From NCBI GenBank assembly GCA_963804535.1, contig CAWDQT010000011.1, positions 26,011-90,010 of the forward strand: DNA of 64,000 nt, given 5' to 3'. The notes beneath the pieces were generated by a model. The model saw only the letters and a program-made list of their open reading frames with translations. It did no database searches and was not told the DNA's origin. Source of the DNA: an uncultured Acidobacteriota bacterium. Its GTDB lineage: Bacteria > Acidobacteriota > Terriglobia > Acidiferrales > UBA7541. The first letter of the stretch is position 1. Each line of letters begins with the position of its first letter. Both the position numbers and the translations under genes were made by a program. This document shows, one piece after another, positions 21,468-31,136 of this stretch.

Positions 21468-23354
21468 TTATCGCGAAGACGCGCGGGTCACCGTGTTTTT
21501 CTGGGCCGTGGGCGGCACGATGGCCGGCATGGAATCTTCCCAACGGCTATAGGTGAGCGCGTGCTGGCCGGAACCATCCGCCTTCATGATGAAGATCTGC
21601 GCGAAGGGCTGGAAGGAATTGTCATACAGCGGCGCTTCGTCTTTGAATCCATAGCGCGCGCTGGACCAGAGAATATACTTACCGTCGGGCGACCAGGAAG
21701 AGTGGCTGTCATTCCCCGGCGTGGTGGTCAATCGTTTTACGTCCGTGCCGTCGGGGCGCATGGTGAAGATATCGTAGTCCAGCGTTTTTGCGTCGCGGCG
21801 CGTAAAGGTGAGCAGGTCGCCGCTCGGCGAGTACGCCGGGAAATTATCCAGTTCCGTGGTTAATGTCTTGATCGAGCCGTCGTCAAGATTCAATACACGC
21901 AGGCCGTATTCGCCCGCTCCCCAGACACGGTAGATGATTTTTTTCCCGTCGGGCGACCAGGTCGGGAATCCGCTATTGGGCAGACCCTTGGTGAGATCCT
22001 TGGATTCTTGCGAACCATCGGCCCGCACCATCATCAATTTGGCGGGGGTGGTTTCGCGCGCGCCAAAAAATCCTCCGAATCCGAAAGCGATCCACTGCCC
22101 GTCGGGAGACCATGTGGGCACGAAGGCCGCTCCGTTCTTGTCTGAGAAGACCACTTTCTTGCCGGACCCGTCCGCGTTCATTACAGAGATCGACGCGGTT
22201 GACGTTGTGGCCAGGTTCCTGATGTCGCTGATGGCCAGCTTGCCGTCGCGAGAAAATCTGGGGAAGACGTCGGTGTACTGAATGTCCATATCCGGATCCC
22301 AGCTGTAGAGCGGCTGATTTTGAGGCCGCGCCGTGAAATCCACCTTCTGATAGACCACCTGTTTGCCATCCGGCGACCAGGCCGGATTGCGCACCATCCC
22401 CTTCATTCCCGACTCACCTGAGGTGAAGGCCAGTCCGGCATTCGGCCCGGCCTTGACTAGATATGCGATCTTATCCGCGCTCAAGTATTGCGGTCCTACT
22501 TTCAGACCGGGGCCAGAGGTCTGCTCGACCCTGGCGCCAGTGGCGATATCCACTGAGACAATCTGCGAGGTGACCATCCCCTGCGCGTAAATCCGGGCCG
22601 CGAAGGTATGCGCGGTGGGCACTTCATAAAACACCACGCGCTTGCTATCGGGCGACCACTTTGGCGATCCGGTTGAAACGCCTTCCTTCGTTGTCAATCT
22701 GCGCAAACCCTGGCCGTCCGGATGGATGATGTAGATGCTCAACTCCTGCGGATGCTCCCATCCCGGCTGCGGAAATTCGTGCGGCTTGAAATCAAAATTT
22801 CGGTCCGATGAAAACGCGATCCATTGCCCGTCGGGCGACCAGGCCGGCCGGAAAAAACCGTCCAATTTGCCCGGCCGCGCTTGCAAAGCGGGACCGCCCG
22901 TCAAATTGCGGAGCTTGCGCGTCTTGAGATCCAAAATCCAGATATTGGCGGTATGTGCGCCGCGCGTCGAGACAAAGGCGACCTGATTCCCGTCGGGAGA
23001 AAATGCCGCCTGATCGTCGAGCGTTGGATCGTCAGTGAGGCGCTCGAGTCCCGAGCCATCCACGCGCACGCGATAAAGATCGGCTTGCCCGGAGCCGTTG
23101 CGCTCGGACGTAAACACGATCCATTTACCGTCGGGCGAGAACGATGCGTTGTAGTCGAATCCGGAGGAGGGAAACAGCGGATGTTCGCCGGAGCCATCGG
23201 CATTGGCGATGTAGAGCGTCATCTGGGAGGGCCCCAGACGGTTCATGAGCATGGTTTGCTTGGGCCCGGCATGCAACGATAAGGCGGCCGTGAATGCCAA
23301 GCCGATAGAAAAGGCCACGAACTTCATTTTCATCTTCGTTTTCACTGTTTTCAC
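21468..23354 (-). CDS. TolB-like PD40/WD40 beta-propeller repeat protein, secreted
   Basis: Many 'FSPDGK.I.F.S.R' PD40 repeats. GTG 23354 is 7 nt after GGAGG and gives signal peptide 'KMKMKFVAFSIGLAFTAALSLHA'. Confidence 0.8.
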   Translation of the reverse strand: MKTVKTKMKMKFVAFSIGLAFTAALSLHAGPKQTMLMNRLGPSQMTLYIANADGSGEHPLFPSSGFDYNASFSPDGKWIVFTSERNGSGQADLYRVRVDGSGLERLTDDPTLDDQAAFSPDGNQVAFVSTRGAHTANIWILDLKTRKLRNLTGGPALQARPGKLDGFFRPAWSPDGQWIAFSSDRNFDFKPHEFPQPGWEHPQELSIYIIHPDGQGLRRLTTKEGVSTGSPKWSPDSKRVVFYEVPTAHTFAARIYAQGMVTSQIVSVDIATGARVEQTSGPGLKVGPQYLSADKIAYLVKAGPNAGLAFTSGESGMKGMVRNPAWSPDGKQVVYQKVDFTARPQNQPLYSWDPDMDIQYTDVFPRFSRDGKLAISDIRNLATTSTASISVMNADGSGKKVVFSDKNGAAFVPTWSPDGQWIAFGFGGFFGARETTPAKLMMVRADGSQESKDLTKGLPNSGFPTWSPDGKKIIYRVWGAGEYGLRVLNLDDGSIKTLTTELDNFPAYSPSGDLLTFTRRDAKTLDYDIFTMRPDGTDVKRLTTTPGNDSHSSWSPDGKYILWSSARYGFKDEAPLYDNSFQPFAQIFIMKADGSGQHALTYSRWEDSMPAIVPPTAQKNTVTRASSR

Positions 23355-23514
23355 TTTGGGGCCTCCAGATATGGAGACAGCCTGCACCCGGATGGAATAT
23401 GCGCATTGTACAGCACTCCTTGGCCGTCTGGTGGCAGTGAATCCTGTTCCATTCGCCGACGGCAATGCTGTACACTCTGCCTACTAGAACTCGCCTTGGA
23501 TGGAGGCAATCGCA

Positions 23515-23994
23515 ATGCGAAATCGGCATATTTTGCCAGTGGTTTTGACACTCGGCCTTTTGGTCGCGTCTGCTCCTCTATTCGCACATCACGCGAATGC
23601 CGTTTTTGATACGACGAAAACCGTTACCGTAAAAGGGGCAGTCACAGAATGGTTTTGGGCCAATCCGCATTGCCTTTTGAGGTTCGACGTAACAGACGAC
23701 TCTGGCCAGGTGGCGCATTGGGTCGGGGAGACTCAGGCTCCGATCAATATGATCGGAAACGGCTGGAGACGAGACTCGTTCAAGCCTGGGGATGAAATTA
23801 CCGTCAGTCTCCGGCCACTCCGGAACGGCAGGCCCGGCGGCAGCATTCAATCGGTCGTCCTTGCCGATGGTAAGACACTAAAGGCGGGAGCAGGAACCGA
23901 GTACGTCAAACCGGGCGGGCCGGCGCCCGACGGGGCTCAACCCGATGGAACTCGACCTGAGGGCACCAACCCCGAGGGGAACTCCAAGCCTTAA
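23515..23994 (+). CDS. small secreted protein, DUF6152-like, copy 2
   Basis: Signal peptide ends 'APLFA|HHANAVFD', with 'WANPHCL', 'WVGE' and 'FKPGDEITVS'. The C-terminal tail has four P(D/E)G pentapeptide repeats. Confidence 0.8.
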   Translation: MRNRHILPVVLTLGLLVASAPLFAHHANAVFDTTKTVTVKGAVTEWFWANPHCLLRFDVTDDSGQVAHWVGETQAPINMIGNGWRRDSFKPGDEITVSLRPLRNGRPGGSIQSVVLADGKTLKAGAGTEYVKPGGPAPDGAQPDGTRPEGTNPEGNSKP

Positions 23995-24074
23995 GAGCGC
24001 TCCGCGCGGCAGACTGTGCAAGTGTCGTAGCGTTACCTGAGCGCTTTTGGCGCGCAGCAAGCGAGAAGCGCAAA

Positions 24075-25031
24075 ATGCAAACGGAAAGGCATGTCGCGAT
24101 GTCAACCCGTTTAGGATCTCTCTCAATCACACGTGTGGCGGCATTCGTAATTGCGGCATTGGTCTTCGCGCCTCTCACCCATGCACAGACCGTGGTAATC
24201 CCTTTTACGCGGGAACCAGGAGCGGTCTATGACCCTGACGTTCCGAATGAGAAGCCGGGGCCTGCTCCACGCCGCGATTTGTCCGGCATTTGGGAGCCTG
24301 CCCGCTCGCTGGCGGACGACGTTGGGGCGGATGGGGCGAAAGCAATACCGGCGGATGGAAAGCCGGGCCACGAGCCGCCTTTTACCCCCGAAGGCCAGAA
24401 AGCATACATGGCCACCAAGCCGACCTTCGGCTACAGACAAGTCCCGCCTGTGCAAACAAACGATCCAATGCCTGGATGCGATCCCCAGGGGTTTCCGCGC
24501 GTCGCTCTGCATAACTTCCGAACGAGTTGGATCATCCAGAATCCGAGTAATGTGGTGATTCTGTATGAGTTCAACAAAAAGTGGCGGGTGATCTGGACCG
24601 ACGGGCGCGCGCTCCCCAAGAATGCCGAGGACCCGAGCTGGAGTTATATGCCGGATCTTTCGGAGTCAAGATGGTGGGGATACTCGGTGGGCAAATGGAT
24701 CGATGATTATACGTTTGAAGCCGAGTCGAACGGATTCAACGACAAGACCTGGCTCGATAACGCCGGCCGGCCCCACAGCACCGCTTTGCGCGTGATCGAA
24801 CGCTATCACCGCGTGGACGCAAAACACCTGGAAATGACCATCACAATCGATGACCCGAAGTATTACACGAAGCCCTGGGTCGCTTTGGACCGTTTGTCTT
24901 TGAGATTGCAATCACCCAGCTTCGATTTCTTTGAGCAGGAATGCTCGCCCTCTCAGACCAAGGAATATAACGAATTCTATGGCGAGCCCGCCTCCGAGAA
25001 TTTAGGCAAACCTCCCGACAAAGCCAAGTAG
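24075..25031 (+). CDS. secreted lipocalin-like family protein (short form)
   Basis: 318 aa with 'RRDLSGIWEP', 'FTPEGQ', 'PGCDPQGFP', 'WGYSVGKW', 'GFNDKTWLDNAGRPHSTALRVIERY' and 'DDPKYYTKPW'. Confidence 0.85.
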   Translation: MQTERHVAMSTRLGSLSITRVAAFVIAALVFAPLTHAQTVVIPFTREPGAVYDPDVPNEKPGPAPRRDLSGIWEPARSLADDVGADGAKAIPADGKPGHEPPFTPEGQKAYMATKPTFGYRQVPPVQTNDPMPGCDPQGFPRVALHNFRTSWIIQNPSNVVILYEFNKKWRVIWTDGRALPKNAEDPSWSYMPDLSESRWWGYSVGKWIDDYTFEAESNGFNDKTWLDNAGRPHSTALRVIERYHRVDAKHLEMTITIDDPKYYTKPWVALDRLSLRLQSPSFDFFEQECSPSQTKEYNEFYGEPASENLGKPPDKAK

Positions 25032-25143
25032 GTCTTGGACCCGCTCCCTGTGGATCAGACTGGTCTTAGCGGGTGAGCTTCTCTTGACCTCGACGACGGG
25101 CCGCAGTAGCATCCAGCGAAGCAGCATCCATAAGGTCGATTCA

Positions 25144-25950
25144 ATGCCACGCAAGAATGCGCATGCGTTCGGTTCTTTTCGTGAGCGGACTATCGGATTG
25201 ACCGCGCTCTTGATTGCGCTCGCGTCCGCGGTCTCCATGCGTGCGCAAGCGTCTGCCCCGGCCCAAACCGCAACAACAGAGCCTGCACTGCGCCCGCGCG
25301 ACCTTACAGGTCTATGGTTCGGCGGAGTCGGAGGAGGCTTGCGCGTGAAGGGGACGGTGGCTCCGCTGACGCCGGAGGGCCAGACCAGATTCAATGCCAA
25401 TACCGCGGAACTGAAGAGCGACCGTACCATCAGCGCCGATCCCACCTTTCGCTGCGAGCCGCCCGGCTTGCCGCATATCTACGGGATCGGCGGCTATTCG
25501 ATCGAATTCATGCAGACTCCGGCGCGGATCGTGATCTTCTACGAGTCGATACACACATTTCGCACCATCTGGATGGACGGCCGGAAGCCGCCGCAAGATG
25601 CCGATCCAATGTGGATGGGATTTTCCGTGGGACACTGGGACGGAAACGATCTGGTCGTGGATACAACCGGGTTCAACGACAAAACCTGGCTGAATGGAGC
25701 GGGATATCCACACAGTGAAGCGCTTCACATAATCGAGCGCTTCCATCGCGCCGACGTGAAGCACATGCAACTCGATATCACCATCGACGATCCAAAGTCG
25801 TACACGCAGCCTTGGCATATGGGAATCAATTTCACGCTTCAGCCGACATGGGAGTTTGGGGAATCTTTCTGTATTCCCACGAACCAGGAGAATTTCAAAT
25901 CGGAAATCATTGAGCAAAACGACAAGGACAAACCGGCCCCAAAGAAATAG
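25144..25950 (+). CDS. secreted lipocalin-like family protein (short form)
   Basis: 'RDLTGLW', 'LTPEGQ', 'FRCEPPGLP', 'MGFSVGHWDGNDLVVDTTGFNDKTWLNGAGYPHSEALHIIERF' and 'DDPKSYTQPW'. ATG 25144 is preferred (signal peptide). Confidence 0.85.
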   Translation: MPRKNAHAFGSFRERTIGLTALLIALASAVSMRAQASAPAQTATTEPALRPRDLTGLWFGGVGGGLRVKGTVAPLTPEGQTRFNANTAELKSDRTISADPTFRCEPPGLPHIYGIGGYSIEFMQTPARIVIFYESIHTFRTIWMDGRKPPQDADPMWMGFSVGHWDGNDLVVDTTGFNDKTWLNGAGYPHSEALHIIERFHRADVKHMQLDITIDDPKSYTQPWHMGINFTLQPTWEFGESFCIPTNQENFKSEIIEQNDKDKPAPKK

Positions 25951-25991
25951 TCGCTGGTAATTACTTGTTGCGCGCGAGGAGGTTCCGCGAA

Positions 25992-26420
25992 ATGCACTTC
26001 ACAACGAAGACCAGAGTTCTAGCCTGTTGCGCCGTAGCGGCGCTGGCCGCTATTGGCCCCAGGGCCGTCTTCGCCCATCACGGGTCGGCGGCATACGATA
26101 TGTCCAAATCGCTCACGCTCGATGGCACCGTAACGAGCCTGGACTGGAACAATCCGCATTGCCTGCTTCATTTCGACGCCAAGGATGAGAAAGGCGAAGT
26201 GCAGCACTGGACGATCGAACTTTACAATCCCCTGTGGATGACGCGCGCCGGATGGACACGAACCAGCCTGAAAGCCGGCGACCCGATCAACATCACCTTC
26301 CACGGAACCAAGAGCGGCGCGCCGAATGGCTACATTCGTGACGGCGACGGGAAACTGACCTCGAACGGTAAGGAACTCGCGTTTCATCAGGCCGGAGACG
26401 AGCGAACCACGGAACGCTAG
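25992..26420 (+). CDS. small secreted protein, DUF6152-like, copy 3
   Basis: RBS 'gaggagg'. Signal peptide ends 'PRAVFA|HHGSAAYD', with 'WNNPHCL', 'WTIEL' and 'LKAGDPINITF'. Confidence 0.8.
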   Translation: MHFTTKTRVLACCAVAALAAIGPRAVFAHHGSAAYDMSKSLTLDGTVTSLDWNNPHCLLHFDAKDEKGEVQHWTIELYNPLWMTRAGWTRTSLKAGDPINITFHGTKSGAPNGYIRDGDGKLTSNGKELAFHQAGDERTTER

Positions 26421-26487
26421 CGCCGTCCGCCTCCGTCGCGCTACGGATGGCGGCTAACGATTGAGAAACCTTCGAGGCGAGCGCGTC

Positions 26488-27609
26488 ATGCGCAAATACA
26501 CCGACAAACTGTCTGCCGACCTGCCGAAGCGCGACTCGGATTCTCTCTCGCATTTCCGGACTTCACGGCGGAAGTTTGTCGGGTCCGTTCTCGTCGCCGG
26601 CGCAGGTGCGGTGTTCTCCTCATCCCCGTTTTTGTCGCCATTGAGCGCGCAGAGCACGCCGGCGGTACGCGGTGCAAAGGCGGGACGCATTGATGTCCAC
26701 TATCACCTCACTCCCCCGGCCTTGATTCAGGCGTTTGGGGCAAAGCCGTTCGCAAACGCCGCAAACTCGGCCAACTGGACAATCGAGAACACGCTCATGG
26801 ACATGGAGCGAAACGGAGTGGCTGCGGTCATGTGCTCGATTGCGCCTCAGGCCGATCCCTTCGCGGACGTATCAAAAGCGGTGGGATTGACGCGTGAGTG
26901 CAATGAATACTTCGCTCGGGTTATGACGGATCATCCCGGCCGATTCGGACTATTCGCCTCTGTGCCGCTGCCCAATGTGGATGCCGCGCTCCGCGAGATC
27001 GATTATGCCCTCGGCACGCTCAAGGCCGACGGCATCGCTCTGTTCACCGTCTACGGAGACAAGTGGCTCGGCGATAAGGCGTTCGACCCGATTTTCGAAG
27101 AACTCAACCGCCGCAAGGCGGTTCTCTTCACCCATCCCAACACTGCAAATTGCTGCAGGAATCTTTTGCCCAATATCGCCGAGGGGACGATCGAGTGGGG
27201 CACGGATACTACTCGCGCCATTTCCAATGTGCTGTTCAATGGCACCGCCGCGCGCTGCCCCGACGTTCGTATGATTTTTTCACACGGGGGCGGCACGATG
27301 CCCTATCTGGTCGAGCGCTTCGAGTCGCTGGCTAAGACACCCAAATTTGCCCTGCAATTTCCTGGAGGGTTTGCGCCGGCGGCCGGCAAGTTCTACTACG
27401 ACACGGCGTGGACGACGAATCCCGAAGCGATGTCGGCTCTCAGCAAACTCGTTCCCGTTTCGCAGATCTTGTTCGGAACGGATTTCCCGTATTTAACGGC
27501 CGCGGACCAGATCAGGGATCTGAAAGCGTGTGGCGCATTCAGTGCCGCCGATCTCGAAAAAATCGAGAGCCGGAACGCGCTCCCGCTTTTGCCGCGATTC
27601 AAAGTTTAG
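26488..27609 (+). CDS. Tat-exported amidohydrolase-2 family protein (ACMSD/decarboxylase-like metal hydrolase)
   Basis: Tat motif 'SRRKFVGSVLVAGAGA', 'RIDVHYHL' metal-binding start, 'FSHGGG' and 'GTDFPY'. Confidence 0.78.
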   Translation: MRKYTDKLSADLPKRDSDSLSHFRTSRRKFVGSVLVAGAGAVFSSSPFLSPLSAQSTPAVRGAKAGRIDVHYHLTPPALIQAFGAKPFANAANSANWTIENTLMDMERNGVAAVMCSIAPQADPFADVSKAVGLTRECNEYFARVMTDHPGRFGLFASVPLPNVDAALREIDYALGTLKADGIALFTVYGDKWLGDKAFDPIFEELNRRKAVLFTHPNTANCCRNLLPNIAEGTIEWGTDTTRAISNVLFNGTAARCPDVRMIFSHGGGTMPYLVERFESLAKTPKFALQFPGGFAPAAGKFYYDTAWTTNPEAMSALSKLVPVSQILFGTDFPYLTAADQIRDLKACGAFSAADLEKIESRNALPLLPRFKV

Positions 27610-27627
27610 GTGGAAAGGAAGGTTGCC

Positions 27628-28701
27628 ATGCGTCTAACGCTTCTCTCTTTCGTTGCGATAATCGGCTCGAGTCTGCTTTGCACGCCCGCTTTCAGCCAGG
27701 AGAAAGGTGGGGACGACCGCACCGGTCCCTACGACGCCGTCCAAGGCTGGCCCCACCCATTGCCAGACAAGGGGTACATTTGGGGATCGACCGGTGGCAT
27801 CTTCGCCGAAACGCCCAACAGAATCTTCATTGCTAACCGCGGTGAATTGAAACTGCCGGATAAACTGCCTCGCAATTTCAATGGTTTCTCGGGCTCCCTT
27901 GGGCTGGCGGCCACAGGCCTGGTGCCCGTGTTCAAAAATTGCATCGCCATTGTCGATGCCGACGGCACGCTGATCGAGGCATGGACCCAATGGGATCATC
28001 TTTTCGAGGATGGCCGCGGGCCGCACTCCGTCCTCATCAGTCCTTACGATCCTGAACACAACGTTTGGGTCGTTGACGACATCCATCATCAGGTCTTCAA
28101 ATTCACCAATGATGGCAAGAAGCTGCTCATGACTCTTGGCGTGAGGGACGAACCCGGCAATGACGACAAGCATTTCAAGCGTCCTACCGACATCGCCTGG
28201 CTGCCTGACGGCACATTCTTCATCAGCGATGGTTACGGCAATACGCGCGTCGTAAAATTCGACAAGAACGGAAAGTTTCTGCTGACTTGGGGAACACCGG
28301 GCACGGGGAATAGCCAGTTCAACACGCCGCATTCGATCACCGTCGACCGCAATCGCCGCGTGTACGTCTCCGATCGGGCCAACAACCGCGTTCAGGTCTT
28401 CGATGAGAATGGCAAGTACCTCGACCAGTTTCCCAATATCGCGCAGCCTTACCACATTCGCATTAGCAACGATGGTTACCTGTGGGCCTTTTCGGGTCCG
28501 CTCGATAAATTCTTGAAATACGATCTGCAGGGCCATCTGTTGTATGCCTGGGGCACACACGGCACCGAGCCGGGCCTGTTCTGGGCCGTTCACCAATTTT
28601 CGTCAGACAGCGAGGGCAATCTCTATACCGCCGAAGTTTTCGGAGGGCGGCCACAGAAGTTCCGCCCGCGAGCCCGGAGCCGACCCGTCGCATTTTTTTA
28701 A
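27628..28701 (+). CDS. NHL-repeat six-bladed beta-propeller (PAL-like), secreted, paralogue of 19324..20370
   Basis: 'HQVFKFTNDGKKLLMTLG', 'TRVVKFDKNGKFLLTWG' and 'NNRVQVFDENGKYLDQF'. The stop lies in a T7 run, so the true end might be 28735. Confidence 0.8.
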   Translation: MRLTLLSFVAIIGSSLLCTPAFSQEKGGDDRTGPYDAVQGWPHPLPDKGYIWGSTGGIFAETPNRIFIANRGELKLPDKLPRNFNGFSGSLGLAATGLVPVFKNCIAIVDADGTLIEAWTQWDHLFEDGRGPHSVLISPYDPEHNVWVVDDIHHQVFKFTNDGKKLLMTLGVRDEPGNDDKHFKRPTDIAWLPDGTFFISDGYGNTRVVKFDKNGKFLLTWGTPGTGNSQFNTPHSITVDRNRRVYVSDRANNRVQVFDENGKYLDQFPNIAQPYHIRISNDGYLWAFSGPLDKFLKYDLQGHLLYAWGTHGTEPGLFWAVHQFSSDSEGNLYTAEVFGGRPQKFRPRARSRPVAFF

Positions 28702-28770
28702 GCAAGTGCCGCTCATGCCGAAGAAATCGAGTTGAGCTGCCGGTCGATCGTTGAAGAAGGAGAGAACCAT

Positions 28771-29292
28771 ATGGCTAAGCGAAATCTGCCGTTGCTGCTC
28801 ATCTTTACTCTAGCTCTGCCGGTAATCTCACGCGCCCAGGCAATGCCAAACTTCTCCGGAAACTGGAAACTCGCCCAGATCGAGCCACCCGTCGATCCCC
28901 GAAACGGCCGCCCGCCGTCCGCCGGTGGTGGCCTGGGCGGAGGTGGAGACGCGGACAATGCCTATGGGGCGAGCATCCGCGAAATTTTTGCTCAAGCGCC
29001 GCAGACGATCATGATCACGCAGACAGCGAACCAAATCGCCGTACAAATTGGATCGGAAAAAGAGTCTTATACGCTGGATGACAAGCAAACGGTGACTCCG
29101 GCCGGCGATCCCAACGCCTTGAAGACTTGGGCGCACTGGGACGGAACGAAGCTGCACCTGCACTTCAAAAAAGGAATGAACTGGGGCAGGGACATCCTCA
29201 GCTTGAGCGATGGAAAACTCGTCGTGCTGCGCGATGTTGAATCGGGTGGCGGATCGACGACTTTTAGCATTACGTACTCCAAGACCGAGTGA
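28771..29292 (+). CDS. small secreted lipocalin-like protein (mini version of the expanded family)
   Basis: 173 aa with signal peptide 'LALPVISRAQA'. 'PNFSGNWKL' and 'AHWDGTKLHLHF' echo 'PNFSGIWEA' and 'GHWDGDTLVVDV' of the larger paralogues. Confidence 0.7.
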   Translation: MAKRNLPLLLIFTLALPVISRAQAMPNFSGNWKLAQIEPPVDPRNGRPPSAGGGLGGGGDADNAYGASIREIFAQAPQTIMITQTANQIAVQIGSEKESYTLDDKQTVTPAGDPNALKTWAHWDGTKLHLHFKKGMNWGRDILSLSDGKLVVLRDVESGGGSTTFSITYSKTE

Positions 29293-29352
29293 ATAATTCC
29301 TCGCTCAATATTTCAGAAATCCGCAGAGCGTGTTTCGAGCTAGGTCTCGTAG

Positions 29353-30201
29353 ATGGATAAATCGACCCTTTTATTGGCTGCGATCATACTGGCTGTGTTC
29401 GGGGCTTCTGTCGCAGCCGGTCATCCCCACTGGGGCACGTTCACCGGCATCGCCATCATTCTGCTGGCCGCGGGCCTTGGGGCTGGAACGCTACCGCTTC
29501 GCTCACAGGATTTTGTCGAAGAGCGAACAAGCCCCACCCAGAGAATCTCGAACGGCCTGATTACCTTGAGTTCCGCCGCCATCGTTGCTATCTACGCTGC
29601 GGGCTATCACCGAACGAGTCCTGCGGCGCATCGGTTTGATTCGCAGATACCGCAGCAGAGAACGTCCGCTACGATTGCGATCGCGACACCTCCACCCGCT
29701 GCAAACCCAGGCTCCTCCGCGGCTCCGCCGGTTTCGTCTTCTGCGGCTCCTGCGAGCAAGAAAAATACCAAGAGGCCTTCGACTCCGTCTCGCAAAGCGG
29801 CGCCTAGTAGCGCCAGCGATTCAGCAGGGTCATCCTCCGCACCATCGCCGGCGTCAGCGACTAATCCGCCTATCGAAGCGGCCGCGCCGCCTGCGGGCGC
29901 AGCAAAGAGCGCGTACAAAGACGGCGTCTACTTGGGATGGGGCAGTTGCCGTCACGGTGATATCGAAGCATCCGTTACGATTCAGGACGGCAAGATCGCT
30001 CTCGTCGCGATTTCGCAATGCCTGACGCGCTACTCCTGCGGTTGGATCGCGCCAAAAATTCCGGGCGCCGGATTGCCCGACTTACCCTCACAGGTGGTCG
30101 AAAGGCAGGGCCCGAAGGTCGATTACGTCTCAGGAGCCACTGAGAGCAGCTATGCATTCGCTGATGCAGTCGTCGCAGCACTATCCAAAGCCACAGAGTA
30201 A
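29353..30201 (+). CDS. membrane-anchored FMN-binding domain protein (RnfG/NqrC-like) with flavinylation motif
   Basis: Three N-terminal TM helices, a P/S/A-rich linker, then an FMN_bind-like domain ending 'KVDYVSGATESSYAF'. The S-G-A-T motif is at nt 30130-30141. Confidence 0.8.
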   Translation: MDKSTLLLAAIILAVFGASVAAGHPHWGTFTGIAIILLAAGLGAGTLPLRSQDFVEERTSPTQRISNGLITLSSAAIVAIYAAGYHRTSPAAHRFDSQIPQQRTSATIAIATPPPAANPGSSAAPPVSSSAAPASKKNTKRPSTPSRKAAPSSASDSAGSSSAPSPASATNPPIEAAAPPAGAAKSAYKDGVYLGWGSCRHGDIEASVTIQDGKIALVAISQCLTRYSCGWIAPKIPGAGLPDLPSQVVERQGPKVDYVSGATESSYAFADAVVAALSKATE

Positions 30202-31136
30202 CGAGGTCGTCCGCACCGTCGCCCTGATGGGTACCTTTGTGACGATCCACGTCGTGGGCCATGTAGTGGGAGACATGGCCGGTCACAAAGGGGAGACGGA
30301 GAGGACTGAGCGCGAGCGAGCGGTCGACCGCGCGCTTGATTGGTTTTACAAAATTGAGGAATGTTGCACGCGATTCGAGTCCAGCAGCGAAGTGATGCGG
30401 CTCGCGACCCAGGTGGGCGTGCCCGTTCCAGTCAGCACGATCCTTTTCGAAGCGGTGCAATTCGCGTTGGCCGTAGCGGAAGCAACTGAAGGCGCGTTCG
30501 ATCCGACGGTCGGCTACGCCATGGAATCGCTCGGTTTCAATCGCGAATACCGCACCGGTCAAACGATCCGAACTCCTCTCGATTCCAATTTCCCTGTCAG
30601 CTACCGGGATGTTCGCCTCGACGCGGAAGGCCAGACGATCACCTTGCATCGTCCGCTGATTCTTGATCTTGGCGCCGTCGCGAAGGGGTTGGCGGTTGAT
30701 CTCGCCGCACGCGAGCTTCAATCGTTCAAAAATTTTGCGATCAACGCGGGTGGCGATCTCTATCTCGGAGGATGCAATCCCAGTGGCGAGCCATGGTCCG
30801 ATCGGAATCCGCCATCCGCGAAACGATGGGGAATTGATTGATTCGATCCGAGTCTCAAACCGCGCCGTCTGCACCTCAGGCGACTACGAAAAACGGGCGA
30901 ACGACGAGCAAGGCCATCATATTCTCGATCCGCGCACAGGATCGTCAGCCAACGCCGTGGCCAGCGTGACGGTTATCGCACTTACAGCGATGCTGGCCGA
31001 TGCGCTCGCAACGGCCGCTTTCGTTCTGGGTCCGTCTGATGGGATTCAACTATTCCATCGTTTGGGCGTGGATGGGCTGATCATTTCCCCGACCCTGGAA
31101 CTATATGCAACTCGAGGGTTCCGTGAGTACCACTAG
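30152..31136 (+). CDS. apbE: FAD:protein FMN transferase (ApbE), frameshifted as sequenced
   Basis: 'VALMGTFVTI', 'AFDPTVG' and 'LDLGAVAKGLAVD' in ORF 30152..30841. 'IGIRHPR...AVCTSGDYE...HILDPRTG' lies in ORF 30663..31136. They join at 'GEPWS|IGIRHP' if the extra C near 30799 is removed. Confidence 0.82.

Noticed and set aside
25083-25111. TTGACC-17 nt-TAGCAT promoter-like string between the two lipocalin-like genes.
   Set aside because: It is a weak match inside a co-directional cluster, and such matches are expected by chance. It is noted only as a reason not to assert a single operon.
29640-29900. Pro/Ser/Ala-rich stretch in the FMN_bind gene.
   Set aside because: It is a low-complexity linker between the membrane anchor and the FMN_bind domain, not a separate feature.
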